NCBI GenBank assembly: GCA_000435755.1
Contig: FR889080.1
Location: forward strand, 14,562-78,561
Length of the DNA: 64,000 nucleotides
Origin: Clostridium sp. CAG:508
GTDB lineage: Bacteria > Bacillota > Clostridia > TANB77 > CAG-508
Direction: 5' to 3'
Shown here one piece after another: positions 48,488-59,969 of the stretch. The first letter of the stretch is position 1; each line of letters starts with the position of its first letter. Made by a program: the position numbers and the translations under genes. Below the pieces are notes generated by a model that did not search any database, was not told the origin of the DNA, and worked only from the letters and a program-made list of their open reading frames with translations.

Positions 48488-51400
48488 TTATTCAGCTAAT
48501 TCATCATCCTGTTCTTCATTTTGTTCTGTATTGATATGTGTATTTTTATAAATTGGAAGTCCTGTTCCTGCAGGTATCAATTTACCTATAATAACATTCT
48601 CTTTTAATCCAATTAAGTCATCAACTTTACCTTTAACGGCTGCTTCTGTTAATACTCTTGTTGTTTCTTGGAATGATGCTGCTGACAAGAAGCTTTCTGT
48701 AGCTAATGAAGCTTTTGTAATACCTAATAGCATACGTTTTCCTGTTGCTGGACGTTTTCCTTCTGCTATTACTTGTTCATTTTTGTCTTCAAATTCATGA
48801 ATATCTACTAGCGAACCAGCAAACATATCTGTATCTCCATTATCTTCTACTCTTACTTTCTTAAGCATTTGTCTACCAATTACCTCAATGTGTTTGTCAT
48901 TGATATCAACACCTTGGTTACGATAAACTTTTTGAACCTCTTGAATTAAGTATTCATATACTCCTTCTGGTCCTTTAATTGCTAATATTTCGTTTGGATT
49001 TATAGCACCTTCAATTAAAGCATCTCCGGCTTTTACTTCGTCTCCTTCTCTTACACGTAATTTAGATCTAAATGGTATTGCATATGTTTTTGAATCATCC
49101 TTAGAAGTAACAACAATTTCTTTCCTTTTCTTGTCTTCAACTATTTTTACTTTACCATCAATTTCTGTAATTACTGCTAGACCCTTTGGTTTACGAGCCT
49201 CAAATAGCTCCTCAACTCTAGGAAGACCTTGTGTGATATCTGCTACACCTGCAACACCACCAGAGTGGATAGTTCTCATTGTAAGCTGTGTACCAGGCTC
49301 ACCAATTGATTGTGCAGCTATAATACCAACAGATTCACCGATATTTACTTTTTCACGAGTAGCTAATCCCATACCATAACATTTACGGCATACACCATGT
49401 TTTGTACGGCATCCTAATACTGAACGTACTTCTACTCTTTCAATTCCTGCTGCTACTATTTGTTCAGCAATTTTGTCTGTAATCATTGTATTAGTATCAA
49501 CAATTAACTCTTTTGTTTCAGGGTTAACTATATCATTTAATGCATATCTTCCAACTAATCTTTCTTCTAGTTTTTCGATTACTTGGTTTCCATCTTTAAT
49601 TGCTTCTACAATAAGTCCTTCATGTGTTCCACAGTCTTCTTCACGAACTATAATGTCTTGAGATACATCAACTAATCTTCTTGTTAAGTAACCTGAGTCG
49701 GCTGTTCTTAAAGCTGTATCTGCTAAACCTTTTCTGGCACCGTGTGCAGAAATAAAGTATTCTAGTGCATCTAGTCCCTCACGGAATGAAGATGTAATAG
49801 GAATTTCTACTGTTTTACCAGTTGTACTAGCCATAAGACCACGCATACCTGCAATTTGTCTTAATTGGTTTAAGTTACCTCTGGCTCCAGATTGGCTCAT
49901 CATATATACTGGGTTTAAGTCTTCAAAATTGTTTTTCATTGCTTCTGTAACATCATCTGTTGCTTTTTCCCAAATTTTGATAACTGAGTTATATCTTTCA
50001 TCCTCTGTTATTAAACCACGTTTATATTGTTTTAATACATTATTTACTTGTTCATTTGCTTCAGCAAGAATTTGCTTTTTAGCCTCTGGCACTTTTACAT
50101 CATCTACAGATACTGTAATACCAGCTGTTGTAGAATGTTTGAATCCCATTGATTTGATATAATCTAGTAATTCTGCTGTTGCACTTAAACCATTTACATT
50201 TATTGATTTTGCAATTATTTTTCCTAAGTTTTTCTTAGAAACTGCAAAATTAAGTTCTGGTTCAAATAAGTTTTCTGGTTTTGTTCTATCAACAAATCCT
50301 AAGTTTTGTGGAATTCCTTCATTATAAATTAATCTACCAACTGTTGTTTCAACTTTTCTGGTTTCTAATTTACCAGCTATTTCTTTTTGAATTCTTACAA
50401 ATACTTTTGCATGTAAACCTAAATCATGGTTGTAGTACGCCATTACCGCTTCTTCTGGTGAAGAGTAGTAATTTCCTTCTCCTGGTTCTCCTGGCACTTC
50501 CATTGTTAAGTAATATGCACCTAAAATCATATCTTGTGTAGGTACTGTTACTGGTTTACCATCTTGTGGTTTTAAAAGGTTATTTACTGAAAGCATTAAG
50601 TATCTAGCTTCTGCTTGTGCTTCTGGTGATAATGGTAAGTGAATAGCCATTTGGTCACCGTCGAAGTCAGCGTTGAAAGCTGTACATACTAATGGGTGTA
50701 ATTTTATAGCTCTACCTTCTACTAAAACTGGCTCAAATGCTTGAATACCCAGTCTATGTAATGTAGGAGCACGGTTTAATAATACTGGATGGTCTTTAAT
50801 AACATCCTCTAGAATATCCCATATTTCAGGTCTTAATCTTTCTACCATTCTCTTAGCATTTTTAATATTATGTGCAATTCCACGTCCAACTAATTCTTTC
50901 ATAACAAATGGTTTGAATAATTCAACTGCCATTTCTTTTGGCACACCGCATTGATATAGTTTAAGTTCTGGTCCTACTACGATAACTGAACGTCCAGAAT
51001 AGTCAACACGTTTACCTAATAAATTTTGACGGAATCTACCTTGTTTTCCTTTTAATAAATCTGATAAAGATTTTAATGCTCTACCACCAGCACCTGTTAC
51101 TGGTCTTCCACGTCTACCATTATCAATTAAGGCATCAACTGATTCTTGTAACATTCTTTTTTCATTACGTACAATAATTTCTGGTGCACCTAATTCTAAT
51201 AGTCTTTTTAAGCGGTTATTTCTGTTGATTACTCTACGATATAAGTCGTTTAAATCTGATGTAGCAAATCTACCACCATCTAATTGTACCATTGGTCTTA
51301 AATCTGGTGGAATTACTGGTACTACATTCATTATCATCCATTCAGGTTTATTTTCTGATAATCTAAAAGCTTCAACTGTATCTAATCTTTTTACTAGTTT

Positions 51401-52051
51401 TGCTCTTTTTTGTTCACTTGCTTTTTCAAGTTCTTTTTTCAATTTTTCAGACAATTTTTCTACGTCAACTTTTTGTAGTAATTCTTCAATTGCCTCAGCT
51501 CCCATTTTAGCTACAAAAGAACCTCTACCATATTTTTCTTCTGCTTCACGATATTCTTTTTCAGATAATACTTGACATACTGTTAAATCAGTAGTTCCTT
51601 TATCTATTACAATATATGATGCAAAATATATTACTTTTTCCAAGCTTCTTGGTGATACATCAAGCATTAGTCCAATTCTACTTGGTATTCCTTTAAAATA
51701 CCAAATATGTGCAACTGGTGCAGCAAGTTCAATATGTCCCATTCTTTCACGTCTTACTTTTGATTTTGTTACCTCAACACCACATCTATCACATACAATG
51801 CCTTTGTATCTTACTCTTTTATATTTTCCACAGTGACATTCCCAGTCTTTTGTTGGTCCAAATATTTTTTCACAAAATAGACCATCTTTTTCTGGCTTTA
51901 AAGTTCTGTAGTTAATGGTTTCTGGCTTTTTAACTTCACCTTTTGACCATTCTCTGATTTTTTCATCTGATGCTATCCCAATTTTAAGTTTGTTAAAAAT
52001 TTCTAATTCATCCACTTTATTTAGCCCCCTAAATATTTTTCTTTTCTTCAT
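48488..52051 (-). CDS. rpoC: DNA-directed RNA polymerase subunit beta'
   Basis: 1187 aa. Zinc finger [27 protein letters not shown] catalytic motif. Confidence 0.97.
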   Translation of the reverse strand: MKKRKIFRGLNKVDELEIFNKLKIGIASDEKIREWSKGEVKKPETINYRTLKPEKDGLFCEKIFGPTKDWECHCGKYKRVRYKGIVCDRCGVEVTKSKVRRERMGHIELAAPVAHIWYFKGIPSRIGLMLDVSPRSLEKVIYFASYIVIDKGTTDLTVCQVLSEKEYREAEEKYGRGSFVAKMGAEAIEELLQKVDVEKLSEKLKKELEKASEQKRAKLVKRLDTVEAFRLSENKPEWMIMNVVPVIPPDLRPMVQLDGGRFATSDLNDLYRRVINRNNRLKRLLELGAPEIIVRNEKRMLQESVDALIDNGRRGRPVTGAGGRALKSLSDLLKGKQGRFRQNLLGKRVDYSGRSVIVVGPELKLYQCGVPKEMAVELFKPFVMKELVGRGIAHNIKNAKRMVERLRPEIWDILEDVIKDHPVLLNRAPTLHRLGIQAFEPVLVEGRAIKLHPLVCTAFNADFDGDQMAIHLPLSPEAQAEARYLMLSVNNLLKPQDGKPVTVPTQDMILGAYYLTMEVPGEPGEGNYYSSPEEAVMAYYNHDLGLHAKVFVRIQKEIAGKLETRKVETTVGRLIYNEGIPQNLGFVDRTKPENLFEPELNFAVSKKNLGKIIAKSINVNGLSATAELLDYIKSMGFKHSTTAGITVSVDDVKVPEAKKQILAEANEQVNNVLKQYKRGLITEDERYNSVIKIWEKATDDVTEAMKNNFEDLNPVYMMSQSGARGNLNQLRQIAGMRGLMASTTGKTVEIPITSSFREGLDALEYFISAHGARKGLADTALRTADSGYLTRRLVDVSQDIIVREEDCGTHEGLIVEAIKDGNQVIEKLEERLVGRYALNDIVNPETKELIVDTNTMITDKIAEQIVAAGIERVEVRSVLGCRTKHGVCRKCYGMGLATREKVNIGESVGIIAAQSIGEPGTQLTMRTIHSGGVAGVADITQGLPRVEELFEARKPKGLAVITEIDGKVKIVEDKKRKEIVVTSKDDSKTYAIPFRSKLRVREGDEVKAGDALIEGAINPNEILAIKGPEGVYEYLIQEVQKVYRNQGVDINDKHIEVIGRQMLKKVRVEDNGDTDMFAGSLVDIHEFEDKNEQVIAEGKRPATGKRMLLGITKASLATESFLSAASFQETTRVLTEAAVKGKVDDLIGLKENVIIGKLIPAGTGLPIYKNTHINTEQNEEQDDELAE

Positions 52052-52129
52052 ACTCGTTTAAACAAGTTGTACACTGCTGTGCAATTCTTATTGTTAACTT
52101 GTTTAAACTTTTTGAATGGCTATTAAATT

Positions 52130-55100
52130 TTATTTTTCATTATCATCAAAGTTATCCATATCTAATAACTCTTCATCATCAAGTAATAAGTCTTCATCAT
52201 CTAAACCTTCTTCGTCATCAAGAAGATCTCCTTCTTCTGAATATCCATCAGCAAGTTCTTCTTCATCAACTACTGCAAGTTCTTCTTCTAGTTTTGGATC
52301 ATCTTTAATACTGTTAAAATCAATTCCTTCATCAATATTTTCCTTTAGTTCTAATTCTTTATTGTCTTCTGAAAGAAGTTTTATATCTAGTCCTAATGAT
52401 TGAAGTTCTTTTACTAACACTTTAAATCCTTCTGGAACTCCTGGTTCTGGAACATTTTCACCTTTTACAATTGCTTCATATGTTTTTACTCTTCCTACAA
52501 TATCATCAGATTTAACTGTTAACATTTCTTGAAGTGTATATGCAGCACCATAAGCTTCTAATGCCCAAACCTCCATTTCTCCAAATCTTTGTCCACCAAA
52601 TTGTGCTTTACCACCAAGAGGTTGTTGTGTTACTAATGAGTAAGGTCCAGTTGAACGAGCATGTATTTTGTCATCTACTAAGTGATGTAGTTTTAACATA
52701 TACATAACACCAACTGTAATTGGATGATCAAATGGCTCTCCAGTTCTACCATCATATACAACTGTTTTTCCATCTTCACTAAGTCCTGCTTTTCTAAATA
52801 GCTCTTTTATTTCTTCGTCTTTAGCACCATCAAATACTGGTGTTGCAACCTTGTATCCAAGTGCTCTTGCAGCCATACCTAAGTGAACCTCTAAAACTTG
52901 GCCTAAGTTCATACGAGAAGGAACACCTAGTGGGTTTAATACTATGTCTACTGGTGTACCATCTGGTAAAAATGGCATATCTTCTTCTGGTAATATACGT
53001 GAAATAACACCCTTGTTACCATGACGTCCAGCCATCTTATCACCAACAGATATTTTTCTCTTTGTTGCAATATAGCAACGAATTACTTGATTTACTCCAG
53101 GAGCTAATTCATCTGAATTTTCCCTTGTAAATATTTTAACATCTACAATTGTTCCTGCTTCTCCATGTGGAACACGAAGTGAGTTATCTCTAACTTCTCT
53201 AGCTTTTTCTCCAAATATTGCACGAAGTAATCTTTCTTCTGCTGTTAGTTCTGTTTCTCCTTTTGGAGTAACCTTACCAACTAATATATCTCCTGGTCTT
53301 ACTTCAGCACCTATACGAATTATACCGTTTTCGTCTAAGTCTTTTAAGCTGTCGTCTCCAACATTTGGTATATCTCTAGTAATTTCTTCTGCTCCTAGTT
53401 TTGTTTCTCTACATTCACAGTCATATTCTTCAATATGAATTGATGTATATACATCTTCTTTTACTAATCTTTCACTAATTAAAACAGCATCCTCGTAGTT
53501 ATAACCTTCCCAAGTTGTGAAAGCTATTAAAACATTTTTACCAAGTGCCATTTCACCATTTTTAGTAGCTGGTCCATCGGCAATTAGTTCTCCTGCTTTA
53601 ACTTTTTCTCCAGTGCTTACAACTGGTCTTTGATTTATACATGTTCCACCATTTGTTCTTTTGAATTTTCTTAAATGGTAAACATCTAATTCGTCTTTTT
53701 TATTTCTAATTTGAATTTCGTCACCAGTTACTTTTTCAACTATACCGTCATTTTTAGCCATTACTGTAATTCCAGAATCTTTTGCTGCTCTATATTCAAT
53801 ACCTGTACCAACTATTGGTGATTCTGTTGTAAGTAGTGGAACTGCTTGACGTTGCATGTTTGAACCCATTAGAGAACGTTTTGCGTCGTCATGCTCTAAG
53901 AATGGAATCATAGCTGCTGCAACTGATACTAATTGTTTTGGTGATACGTCTACAAAATCAACTTGGTCTTTATCAACCATTGTAATGTCTGCTCTATGAC
54001 GTACACGAATTCTATCATTTACAAATTTTCCTTCTTCGTCAACTGGTTCAGAGGCTTGAGCAATAATGTATTTATCCTCTTCGTCTGCTGGCATATATAC
54101 AACTTCATCAGTTACTTTGCCTGTTTCATGGTCTACTTTTCTATATGGTGTTTCAATAAATCCATATTCGTTTATAATAGCAAATGATGAAAGCGCTGAT
54201 ATAAGTCCTACGTTTGGTCCTTCTGGTGATTCAATAGGACATAATCTTCCATAGTGTGTATAGTGAATATCACGAACCTCAAATCCTGCTCTCTCACGAG
54301 ATAAACCACCAGGTCCTAATGCAGAAATTCTTCTCTTATGACTTAATTCTGAAAGTGGGTTTGTTTGATCCATAAATTGTGATAATTGTGAGCTTCCAAA
54401 GAATTCCCTAATTGCAGAAGTTATTGGTTTTGTATTAATTAAAGTTTGTGGAGTAACTATATCTAAGTCTTGAATTGTCATTCTTTCACGTACTACTCTT
54501 TCAAGTCTTGTTAAACCAATTCTAAATTGATTTTGTAATAACTCTCCAACGCAACGAATACGACGATTTCCTAAATGATCAATATCGTCAACATTTCCTA
54601 AACCATGTTCTAGGTTTAATAAATAGCTTATCGAAGCAATAATATCTTCGTTTGTAACATGTTTTGGAATTAATTCGTCCATTCTTTCTTTAATAACATC
54701 ATGTAATTCTTTTTCCTCTGTAGTATCAATTATTGATTTTAATACTATGTAATTTACCATCTCTTTGATATGTAAGTCACTCAAATCAACATTTGGAAGT
54801 ACGCTGTGGATATTAACTGTGCCATTACCAATAATTCTTACTGGTTTGTCTTCAACTTTTACATCAACAACATTGATTCCACTGTTTTGAATTGCAATTG
54901 CTGTATCTTCAGAAATACTGTTATCTTTTTCTACTAATACTTCTCCAGTCTCTGGATCAATAATATCGTTATAAGCTATTCTTCCTGTAATTCTTGTTGC
55001 TAAACTTAATTTTTTATTAAATTTGAATCTTCCTACTTTTGCTAGGTCATATCTTCTATCATCAAAGAATAAACCATTAAATAAGTTTCTTGCAGCATCA

Positions 55101-55852
55101 GTTGTTGGAAGTTCTCCTGGTCTTAATTTTTTGTATATTTCAACTAAAGCTTCTTCTTGTGTTTTAATTGGGTCTTTTGCTAAAGTTTCCTTTATTTTGT
55201 TTTCATCCCCAAATAATTGTGTAATTTGTTCATCTGTTACTATTCCTAATGCTCTTAAAAGTGTTGTAACAGGTATTTTTCTAGTTCTATCAACTCTAGC
55301 CCAAAATACATCATTTCCATCAGTTTCATATTCTATCCATGCACCACGAATAGGCATAACAGTAGATGTATAAATTCTTCTACCTGTTTTGCTATCAAAA
55401 TCTTGTGCATAGTAGCAACCTGGTGAACGAACTAATTGGCTTACTACAACTCTTTCTGCACCGTTGATTACGAAAGTACCACTATCTGTCATAAGTGGGA
55501 AATCACCAAGATAAATTTCTTGTTCTTTGATTTCACCTGTTTCACGATTGATAAGTCTTACTTTTACATGTAATCTTGTAGCATAAGTTGCATCACGTTC
55601 TTTGGCTTCTTCTAATGTGTATTTTGTTTTCTCTTCCATGTAGTAGTCTAAGAATTCAAGTACAAGGTTTCCAGAATAATCAACTATTGGAGATACATCT
55701 CTAAGTACTTCTCCTAAGCCTTCTTCGATAAACCAATTGTATGAGTCTTTTTGAACTTGAATTAAGTTTGGCATTTCGATTGAATCGCCGATTTTTGCAA
55801 AAGTTTTACGAGAACATTTCTCGTGTTTAATTTCTTTTAACAAAAGAATCAC
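52130..55852 (-). CDS. rpoB: DNA-directed RNA polymerase subunit beta, with an acidic C-terminal tail of about 55 aa
   Basis: 1240 aa. Conserved rifampicin-cluster and catalytic regions. The start is probably the TTG at 55843, which has RBS AAGGAG 7 nt upstream, rather than the track's GTG at 55852. Tail reads ...[43 protein letters not shown]. Confidence 0.97.
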   Translation of the reverse strand: MILLLKEIKHEKCSRKTFAKIGDSIEMPNLIQVQKDSYNWFIEEGLGEVLRDVSPIVDYSGNLVLEFLDYYMEEKTKYTLEEAKERDATYATRLHVKVRLINRETGEIKEQEIYLGDFPLMTDSGTFVINGAERVVVSQLVRSPGCYYAQDFDSKTGRRIYTSTVMPIRGAWIEYETDGNDVFWARVDRTRKIPVTTLLRALGIVTDEQITQLFGDENKIKETLAKDPIKTQEEALVEIYKKLRPGELPTTDAARNLFNGLFFDDRRYDLAKVGRFKFNKKLSLATRITGRIAYNDIIDPETGEVLVEKDNSISEDTAIAIQNSGINVVDVKVEDKPVRIIGNGTVNIHSVLPNVDLSDLHIKEMVNYIVLKSIIDTTEEKELHDVIKERMDELIPKHVTNEDIIASISYLLNLEHGLGNVDDIDHLGNRRIRCVGELLQNQFRIGLTRLERVVRERMTIQDLDIVTPQTLINTKPITSAIREFFGSSQLSQFMDQTNPLSELSHKRRISALGPGGLSRERAGFEVRDIHYTHYGRLCPIESPEGPNVGLISALSSFAIINEYGFIETPYRKVDHETGKVTDEVVYMPADEEDKYIIAQASEPVDEEGKFVNDRIRVRHRADITMVDKDQVDFVDVSPKQLVSVAAAMIPFLEHDDAKRSLMGSNMQRQAVPLLTTESPIVGTGIEYRAAKDSGITVMAKNDGIVEKVTGDEIQIRNKKDELDVYHLRKFKRTNGGTCINQRPVVSTGEKVKAGELIADGPATKNGEMALGKNVLIAFTTWEGYNYEDAVLISERLVKEDVYTSIHIEEYDCECRETKLGAEEITRDIPNVGDDSLKDLDENGIIRIGAEVRPGDILVGKVTPKGETELTAEERLLRAIFGEKAREVRDNSLRVPHGEAGTIVDVKIFTRENSDELAPGVNQVIRCYIATKRKISVGDKMAGRHGNKGVISRILPEEDMPFLPDGTPVDIVLNPLGVPSRMNLGQVLEVHLGMAARALGYKVATPVFDGAKDEEIKELFRKAGLSEDGKTVVYDGRTGEPFDHPITVGVMYMLKLHHLVDDKIHARSTGPYSLVTQQPLGGKAQFGGQRFGEMEVWALEAYGAAYTLQEMLTVKSDDIVGRVKTYEAIVKGENVPEPGVPEGFKVLVKELQSLGLDIKLLSEDNKELELKENIDEGIDFNSIKDDPKLEEELAVVDEEELADGYSEEGDLLDDEEGLDDEDLLLDDEELLDMDNFDDNEK

Positions 55853-56040
55853 TCCTTAAAAAAATTTAAGCAGAAATTAAAATATATGATTTTAATAAAA
55901 AGTCCTTCTTGTTTCTATAATTAGTTTACAAATCAGCATATTTTTCTGCTCTCTAAATACCCTTTCCATAAGTAATTATAGGTCAATTCCTCTTTTTATT
56001 AAATTAACATAATCTATAGATAAAAGACAACAAAAATACG

Positions 56041-56058
56041 GTTGACATTTTTGTCAAC
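56041..56058. promoter_or_regulatory. 18 bp palindrome GTTGACATTTTTGTCAAC in the long rpoB upstream region
   Basis: Direct reading. Could be face-to-face -35 elements or an operator. Confidence 0.4.
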
Positions 56059-56289
56059 TGTTTAATTTGCTGTTTATTTGGTAAAATTTATTTTTATATT
56101 AATCATTACATCCACCTTAAATGTAGACTAGTAACGCTTAATAAAAGCATACCTATTTTAGTATAACACCTGTTGTACTTGCTGTCAACGATTTTGGTAA
56201 AAATTTCTTAATTTTTATAAGGTATTATAGACAAATGATATTTAATATAGTACAATATTTGCATTGTTAATAGAAATGAGGTTAATTAT

Positions 56290-56781
56290 ATGTCTATAAT
56301 TTTAAAATATTTGATTACATTTTTTGTAGGTATGGTGCCTATTTTAGAGTTAAGAGGTGCTATTCCAATAGGCGTTGGGCTTGGTCTTTCATATTTTGAA
56401 GCTTTTATTTGTAGCTTTATCGGAAATATTATACCTATATATTTTATTGTTAAGTATATTAGACCTTTATTTGATTTTTTTGGAAGATGGAAACCTTTTA
56501 AGGTTATCATAGATTGGGCCACTGAAAGAGCTACAAGAAAAATTGAAGAAAGTGAAAAATTACAAAATTACACAGCTTTAGGTTTATTTTTATTTGTAGC
56601 TGTTCCTTTACCTGGAACTGGTGCATGGGTTGGTTCTTTAATTGCTAACTTTTTAAATTTACCACCTAAAAAAGCTATCCCACCTATTGTAGCTGGTGTT
56701 CTTGTTGCTGGTATTATTGTTTTAGCAGTAACTGCTGCCGCTAATGGGGGTATTCAGTATTTATTTAATCACGTTAATTAA
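56290..56781 (+). CDS. Small membrane protein of the Sm_multidrug_ex / COG2426 family
   Basis: VPILELRGAIPIG...AVPLPGTGAW motifs. 163 aa, 4 TM. Confidence 0.65.
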   Translation: MSIILKYLITFFVGMVPILELRGAIPIGVGLGLSYFEAFICSFIGNIIPIYFIVKYIRPLFDFFGRWKPFKVIIDWATERATRKIEESEKLQNYTALGLFLFVAVPLPGTGAWVGSLIANFLNLPPKKAIPPIVAGVLVAGIIVLAVTAAANGGIQYLFNHVN

Positions 56782-56788
56782 GAAAAAT

Positions 56789-56820
56789 GTTAATGGTGAC
56801 GGCAAGCCGTCACCATTAAC
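56789..56820. terminator. Bidirectional terminator
   Basis: ttaatggtgacgg caag ccgtcaccattaa, 13 bp stem. Confidence 0.7.
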
Positions 56821-56824
56821 ATTT

Positions 56825-58375
56825 TTAATTTACTAACATTTCAAATCCTATTGTTACCTTGAACAAATCTCCATCTAAGTAAATATGAAATTTTCCTCCT
56901 TGAAGTTCTGTTAAGCTAGATGCTATTGAAAGTCCTAATCCGCTTCCTTCTGTATTTCTAGAAGTTTCTCCTCTTACAAATCTTTGCATCAATTCATCTG
57001 CTGATATATTAAGCTCTTGTTTCGATATATTTTTCATTTGTATTACAACTGTATGTTGGTTTTTCACCACATCTAAATATACTCTTGTATTTTCCATAGC
57101 ATATTTAGCAACATTTGAATAAACATTTTCTAATATCCTACACATATATCTTCCATCTGCTTTTATATATACATCTTGTTCCGGGAATGTTGTTATTTCC
57201 TCTAAGTTTCTTTCCTTAAACCTATCTTCAAATTCTCCTGACACTTGTTGCACAAGTTCTTTGACATTTAATTTCTCTTTATTTAATTTTATATTTCCAG
57301 AAGATGCTTTTGAAGCTTCTACTAAATCTTCTGTTAGTTTTTTTAATCTTTGAGATTTATTATCTAATATCATTAAATACTCAGTTGCCTTTTCATTAGG
57401 CATTTTTTCTTTTTTTAATAAATCTACATAGTTAATAATTGATGTAAGAGGTGTTTTTATATCATGTGACACATTGGTTATAAGCTCTGTTTTAAGCCTT
57501 TCACTCTTTAAGCTTTGTTCAATTGCATTTGATAAACCTCCAGCAATATCATCAATATATACTGCCATTTGTTTTAAAACTCCTTTTAATTCATTTGGAT
57601 TTAACTCAATATTGGTATCTCCGTCATATATACTTTTTAAAGCCATTTGAATTTTATTAAGTTCTTCCACTTTTTTGCATAATACATAAAATGTGGTTAT
57701 TCCAAGTGCTGCTAACATCACTACCTGAAACAAGTTCTTGTTACTAGTAGAGTTTGGTATTGCTAATGTTATAAAAAATCCTATAATGCAAAATCCCCAA
57801 TAATATATAAATAGTTTTGTCATTATTTTGCGGTTATCTATCATTTTCTTAATTGCTTTATAAATAGCATATATTAAAGTGGTTTTCCATAACATTCTTG
57901 CTTTTATTCTTTTTACTATAGTCTCTAATAGTACTATTGAATTCACATATATTATTCCGATTCCGCAACTTGATAGCATTATGCTTATCGAATTTTCAAA
58001 TGAATTCCATCCTATGCTTAGAATATAAACTCCAGCTATAAACAATATAAAACTTAAAGCTAATACTACTTCTAATTTCCATTCGTCAAACCAGTTTAAC
58101 TTAATTGTATCTTCATTTTTATTTTTTCCAATTCCATCTATAATCACTACTGCTAGAATAATTAGTATCATAACTGATATTGGAATTAGTAATGGTGTTA
58201 CACCTTTTGTTACATTTGCTAAACCTCCTGCCATTTGCCAGATATAGTTTGAATTTTGTATAACATTGATTTCTTCGTCTATAATTTTAGTACCTAGTGT
58301 TGATAGTATTAAGAGTAAGGCAAATATTGGTGCTAAAACATAAGCTACATTTTTAGAAATTTTTGATCCATTCAT
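56825..58375 (-). CDS. Sensor histidine kinase with multi-TM sensor region
   Basis: H-box HDIKTPLTSI. N box and G2 box GSGLGLSIASS. About 7 TM N-terminally. 516 aa. Confidence 0.85.
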   Translation of the reverse strand: MNGSKISKNVAYVLAPIFALLLILSTLGTKIIDEEINVIQNSNYIWQMAGGLANVTKGVTPLLIPISVMILIILAVVIIDGIGKNKNEDTIKLNWFDEWKLEVVLALSFILFIAGVYILSIGWNSFENSISIMLSSCGIGIIYVNSIVLLETIVKRIKARMLWKTTLIYAIYKAIKKMIDNRKIMTKLFIYYWGFCIIGFFITLAIPNSTSNKNLFQVVMLAALGITTFYVLCKKVEELNKIQMALKSIYDGDTNIELNPNELKGVLKQMAVYIDDIAGGLSNAIEQSLKSERLKTELITNVSHDIKTPLTSIINYVDLLKKEKMPNEKATEYLMILDNKSQRLKKLTEDLVEASKASSGNIKLNKEKLNVKELVQQVSGEFEDRFKERNLEEITTFPEQDVYIKADGRYMCRILENVYSNVAKYAMENTRVYLDVVKNQHTVVIQMKNISKQELNISADELMQRFVRGETSRNTEGSGLGLSIASSLTELQGGKFHIYLDGDLFKVTIGFEMLVN

Positions 58376-58385
58376 TTTTTACCTC

Positions 58386-59093
58386 CTATTTTTCTAGATT
58401 TTCTATTTTATATCCAATTCCCCAAATTACCTTTAAATATTTAGGTTCTCTTGGGTTTATTTCTATCTTTTCTCTTATGTGTCTAATATGTACTGCTATA
58501 ATATTTTCTGCACCATAACATTCGTCTTCCCACACATTTTGGTAAATTTGTTCAATTGAATACACTATTCCTTTATTTTTAGTTAAAAATTTTAAAATGT
58601 TATATTCTGTTGGAGTTAATTTCACATCTTTTCCCTCAACTGTTACTTGTTTTGTATCGTCATTTATTACTAATTCTCCTGACCAATATGTATTTCCTTC
58701 TTGCTGTTTATCTGCAATTGAGCCTAGGTGTGTATATCTACGAATTTGTGAGTTTACTCTTGCAATTAGTTCTAATGGATTAAATGGTTTTGTTATATAA
58801 TCATCTGCTCCATTATTTAGTCCTGTAATCTTATCGTAGTCTTCTGATTTTGCAGAAAGCATTATTATTGGAATTGATTTATCTTTTCTAATTAAATTAG
58901 CTGTACTAATTCCATCAAGTTTTGGCATCATTATATCTAATAAAATCAAATGAATATTATCATTCTTTTCTACTATTTTTAATGCTTCCATTCCATCATA
59001 TGCTTTTAATATGTTGTACCCTTCTTTACTTAAATATATTTCTATTGCATTTACAATTTCCTTATCATCATCCACTACTAAAATATTGTACAT
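58386..59093 (-). CDS. OmpR-family response regulator
   Basis: Receiver domain (DD...D54 LILLDIMMP...K) plus winged-helix trans_reg_C (YLKVIWGIGYKIE). Confidence 0.9.
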   Translation of the reverse strand: MYNILVVDDDKEIVNAIEIYLSKEGYNILKAYDGMEALKIVEKNDNIHLILLDIMMPKLDGISTANLIRKDKSIPIIMLSAKSEDYDKITGLNNGADDYITKPFNPLELIARVNSQIRRYTHLGSIADKQQEGNTYWSGELVINDDTKQVTVEGKDVKLTPTEYNILKFLTKNKGIVYSIEQIYQNVWEDECYGAENIIAVHIRHIREKIEINPREPKYLKVIWGIGYKIENLEK

Positions 59094-59182
59094 AAATTTT
59101 CCCCTTTTTGATTATTACGTATAAATTATACCACAAATTTATTAAGAAAAAAGTAGTTAATTTATTAAGTTATTCTTAACAC

Positions 59183-59215
59183 AAAAACCAGCACTTTAAT
59201 TTGTGCTGGTTTTGT
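59183..59215. repeat. 33 bp hairpin-terminator repeat, copy 1 (aaaaaccagcactttaatttgtgctggttttgt)
   Basis: Identical to 59937-59969. 10 bp stem aaccagcac.../...gtgctggtt. Confidence 0.85.
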
Positions 59216-59223
59216 GTTATATG

Positions 59224-59571
59224 CTAATTACTTAATTTATACAACGCATATTGATTTAGTGACACTCCCTCTTGTTGTGCCTCAACTGATAATCTGTAGT
59301 GTAATGATTTTGGAATTCTTACTAAAAATTTTCCACTATAATCAGTATATTTTACCGGTAGTGGTACATCAAATCCATCATCAATTTTAGTTTCAATCCA
59401 ACCTCTCATTGCATCTTTTAGACTTTCATAAGCTTCTTTAAAAGTTTCGCCTGTACTTTGGCATCCGTCTAATTCTAAAACATGTGCATAAAAGTAAGTT
59501 CCACTCTCGTCATTAATTTGTTGAACAATACAGTTATATGGCAAATTCATATAATCTTCAACACTCTTCAT
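59224..59571 (-). CDS. hicB: HicB-family antitoxin
   Basis: 115 aa. RNase H-like HicB N-terminal domain and a C-terminal DNA-binding tail (SLNQYALYKL), typical of HicB. Confidence 0.65.
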   Translation of the reverse strand: MKSVEDYMNLPYNCIVQQINDESGTYFYAHVLELDGCQSTGETFKEAYESLKDAMRGWIETKIDDGFDVPLPVKYTDYSGKFLVRIPKSLHYRLSVEAQQEGVSLNQYALYKLSN

Positions 59572-59616
59572 TAATTCTGCCTCCCTTTATATTTATTTTA
59601 CTTTAATTTGAGAATT

Positions 59617-59846
59617 TTATTCTCCAATTCTCTTTAATACGTTTTTAACATAAACCGCTTTTAATGGATTTTCTTCTTTAATTGTTATTACATCACCCTT
59701 AGAATTTATAAAATTTCTGTGGGAAGTACCGTTTTTTAGCCTTCATTTTATATCCATTATATTCTAAAACTTTAGCTACTTCTTGAAATCTAATTCCATT
59801 AGGCTGTCTTTTCATTTTTTGTATTATCTTATTGAGTTCTGGCACC
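59617..59846 (-). pseudogene. hicA: HicA-family toxin gene disrupted by a frameshift in an A6 run
   Basis: GTG start with RBS AGGAGG. MPELNKIIQKMKRQPNGIRFQEVAKVLEYNGYKMKAKK, then after a +1/-1 shift at gctaaaaaacgg the frame continues NGTSHRNFINSKGDVITIKEENPLKAVYVKNVLKRIGE. Together this is a typical HicA length of about 75 aa. Confidence 0.55.
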
Positions 59847-59936
59847 TGTATTCCTCCTCTCTTGAAAAATACACCTTTCCCCCAATAAGGCTATCTCCAT
59901 GATACTATATTTAATATCATTTGTCAATACATAATT

Positions 59937-59969
59937 AAAAACCAGCACTTTAATTTGTGCTGGTTTTGT
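59937..59969. repeat. 33 bp hairpin-terminator repeat, copy 2
   Basis: See copy 1. Confidence 0.85.

Noticed and set aside
52116-52403. Ser-rich 95-aa plus-strand ORF
   Set aside because: It is the antisense reading of the GAA/GAT-rich RpoB acidic tail (TTC/ATC read as Ser/Ile) and is not a gene.
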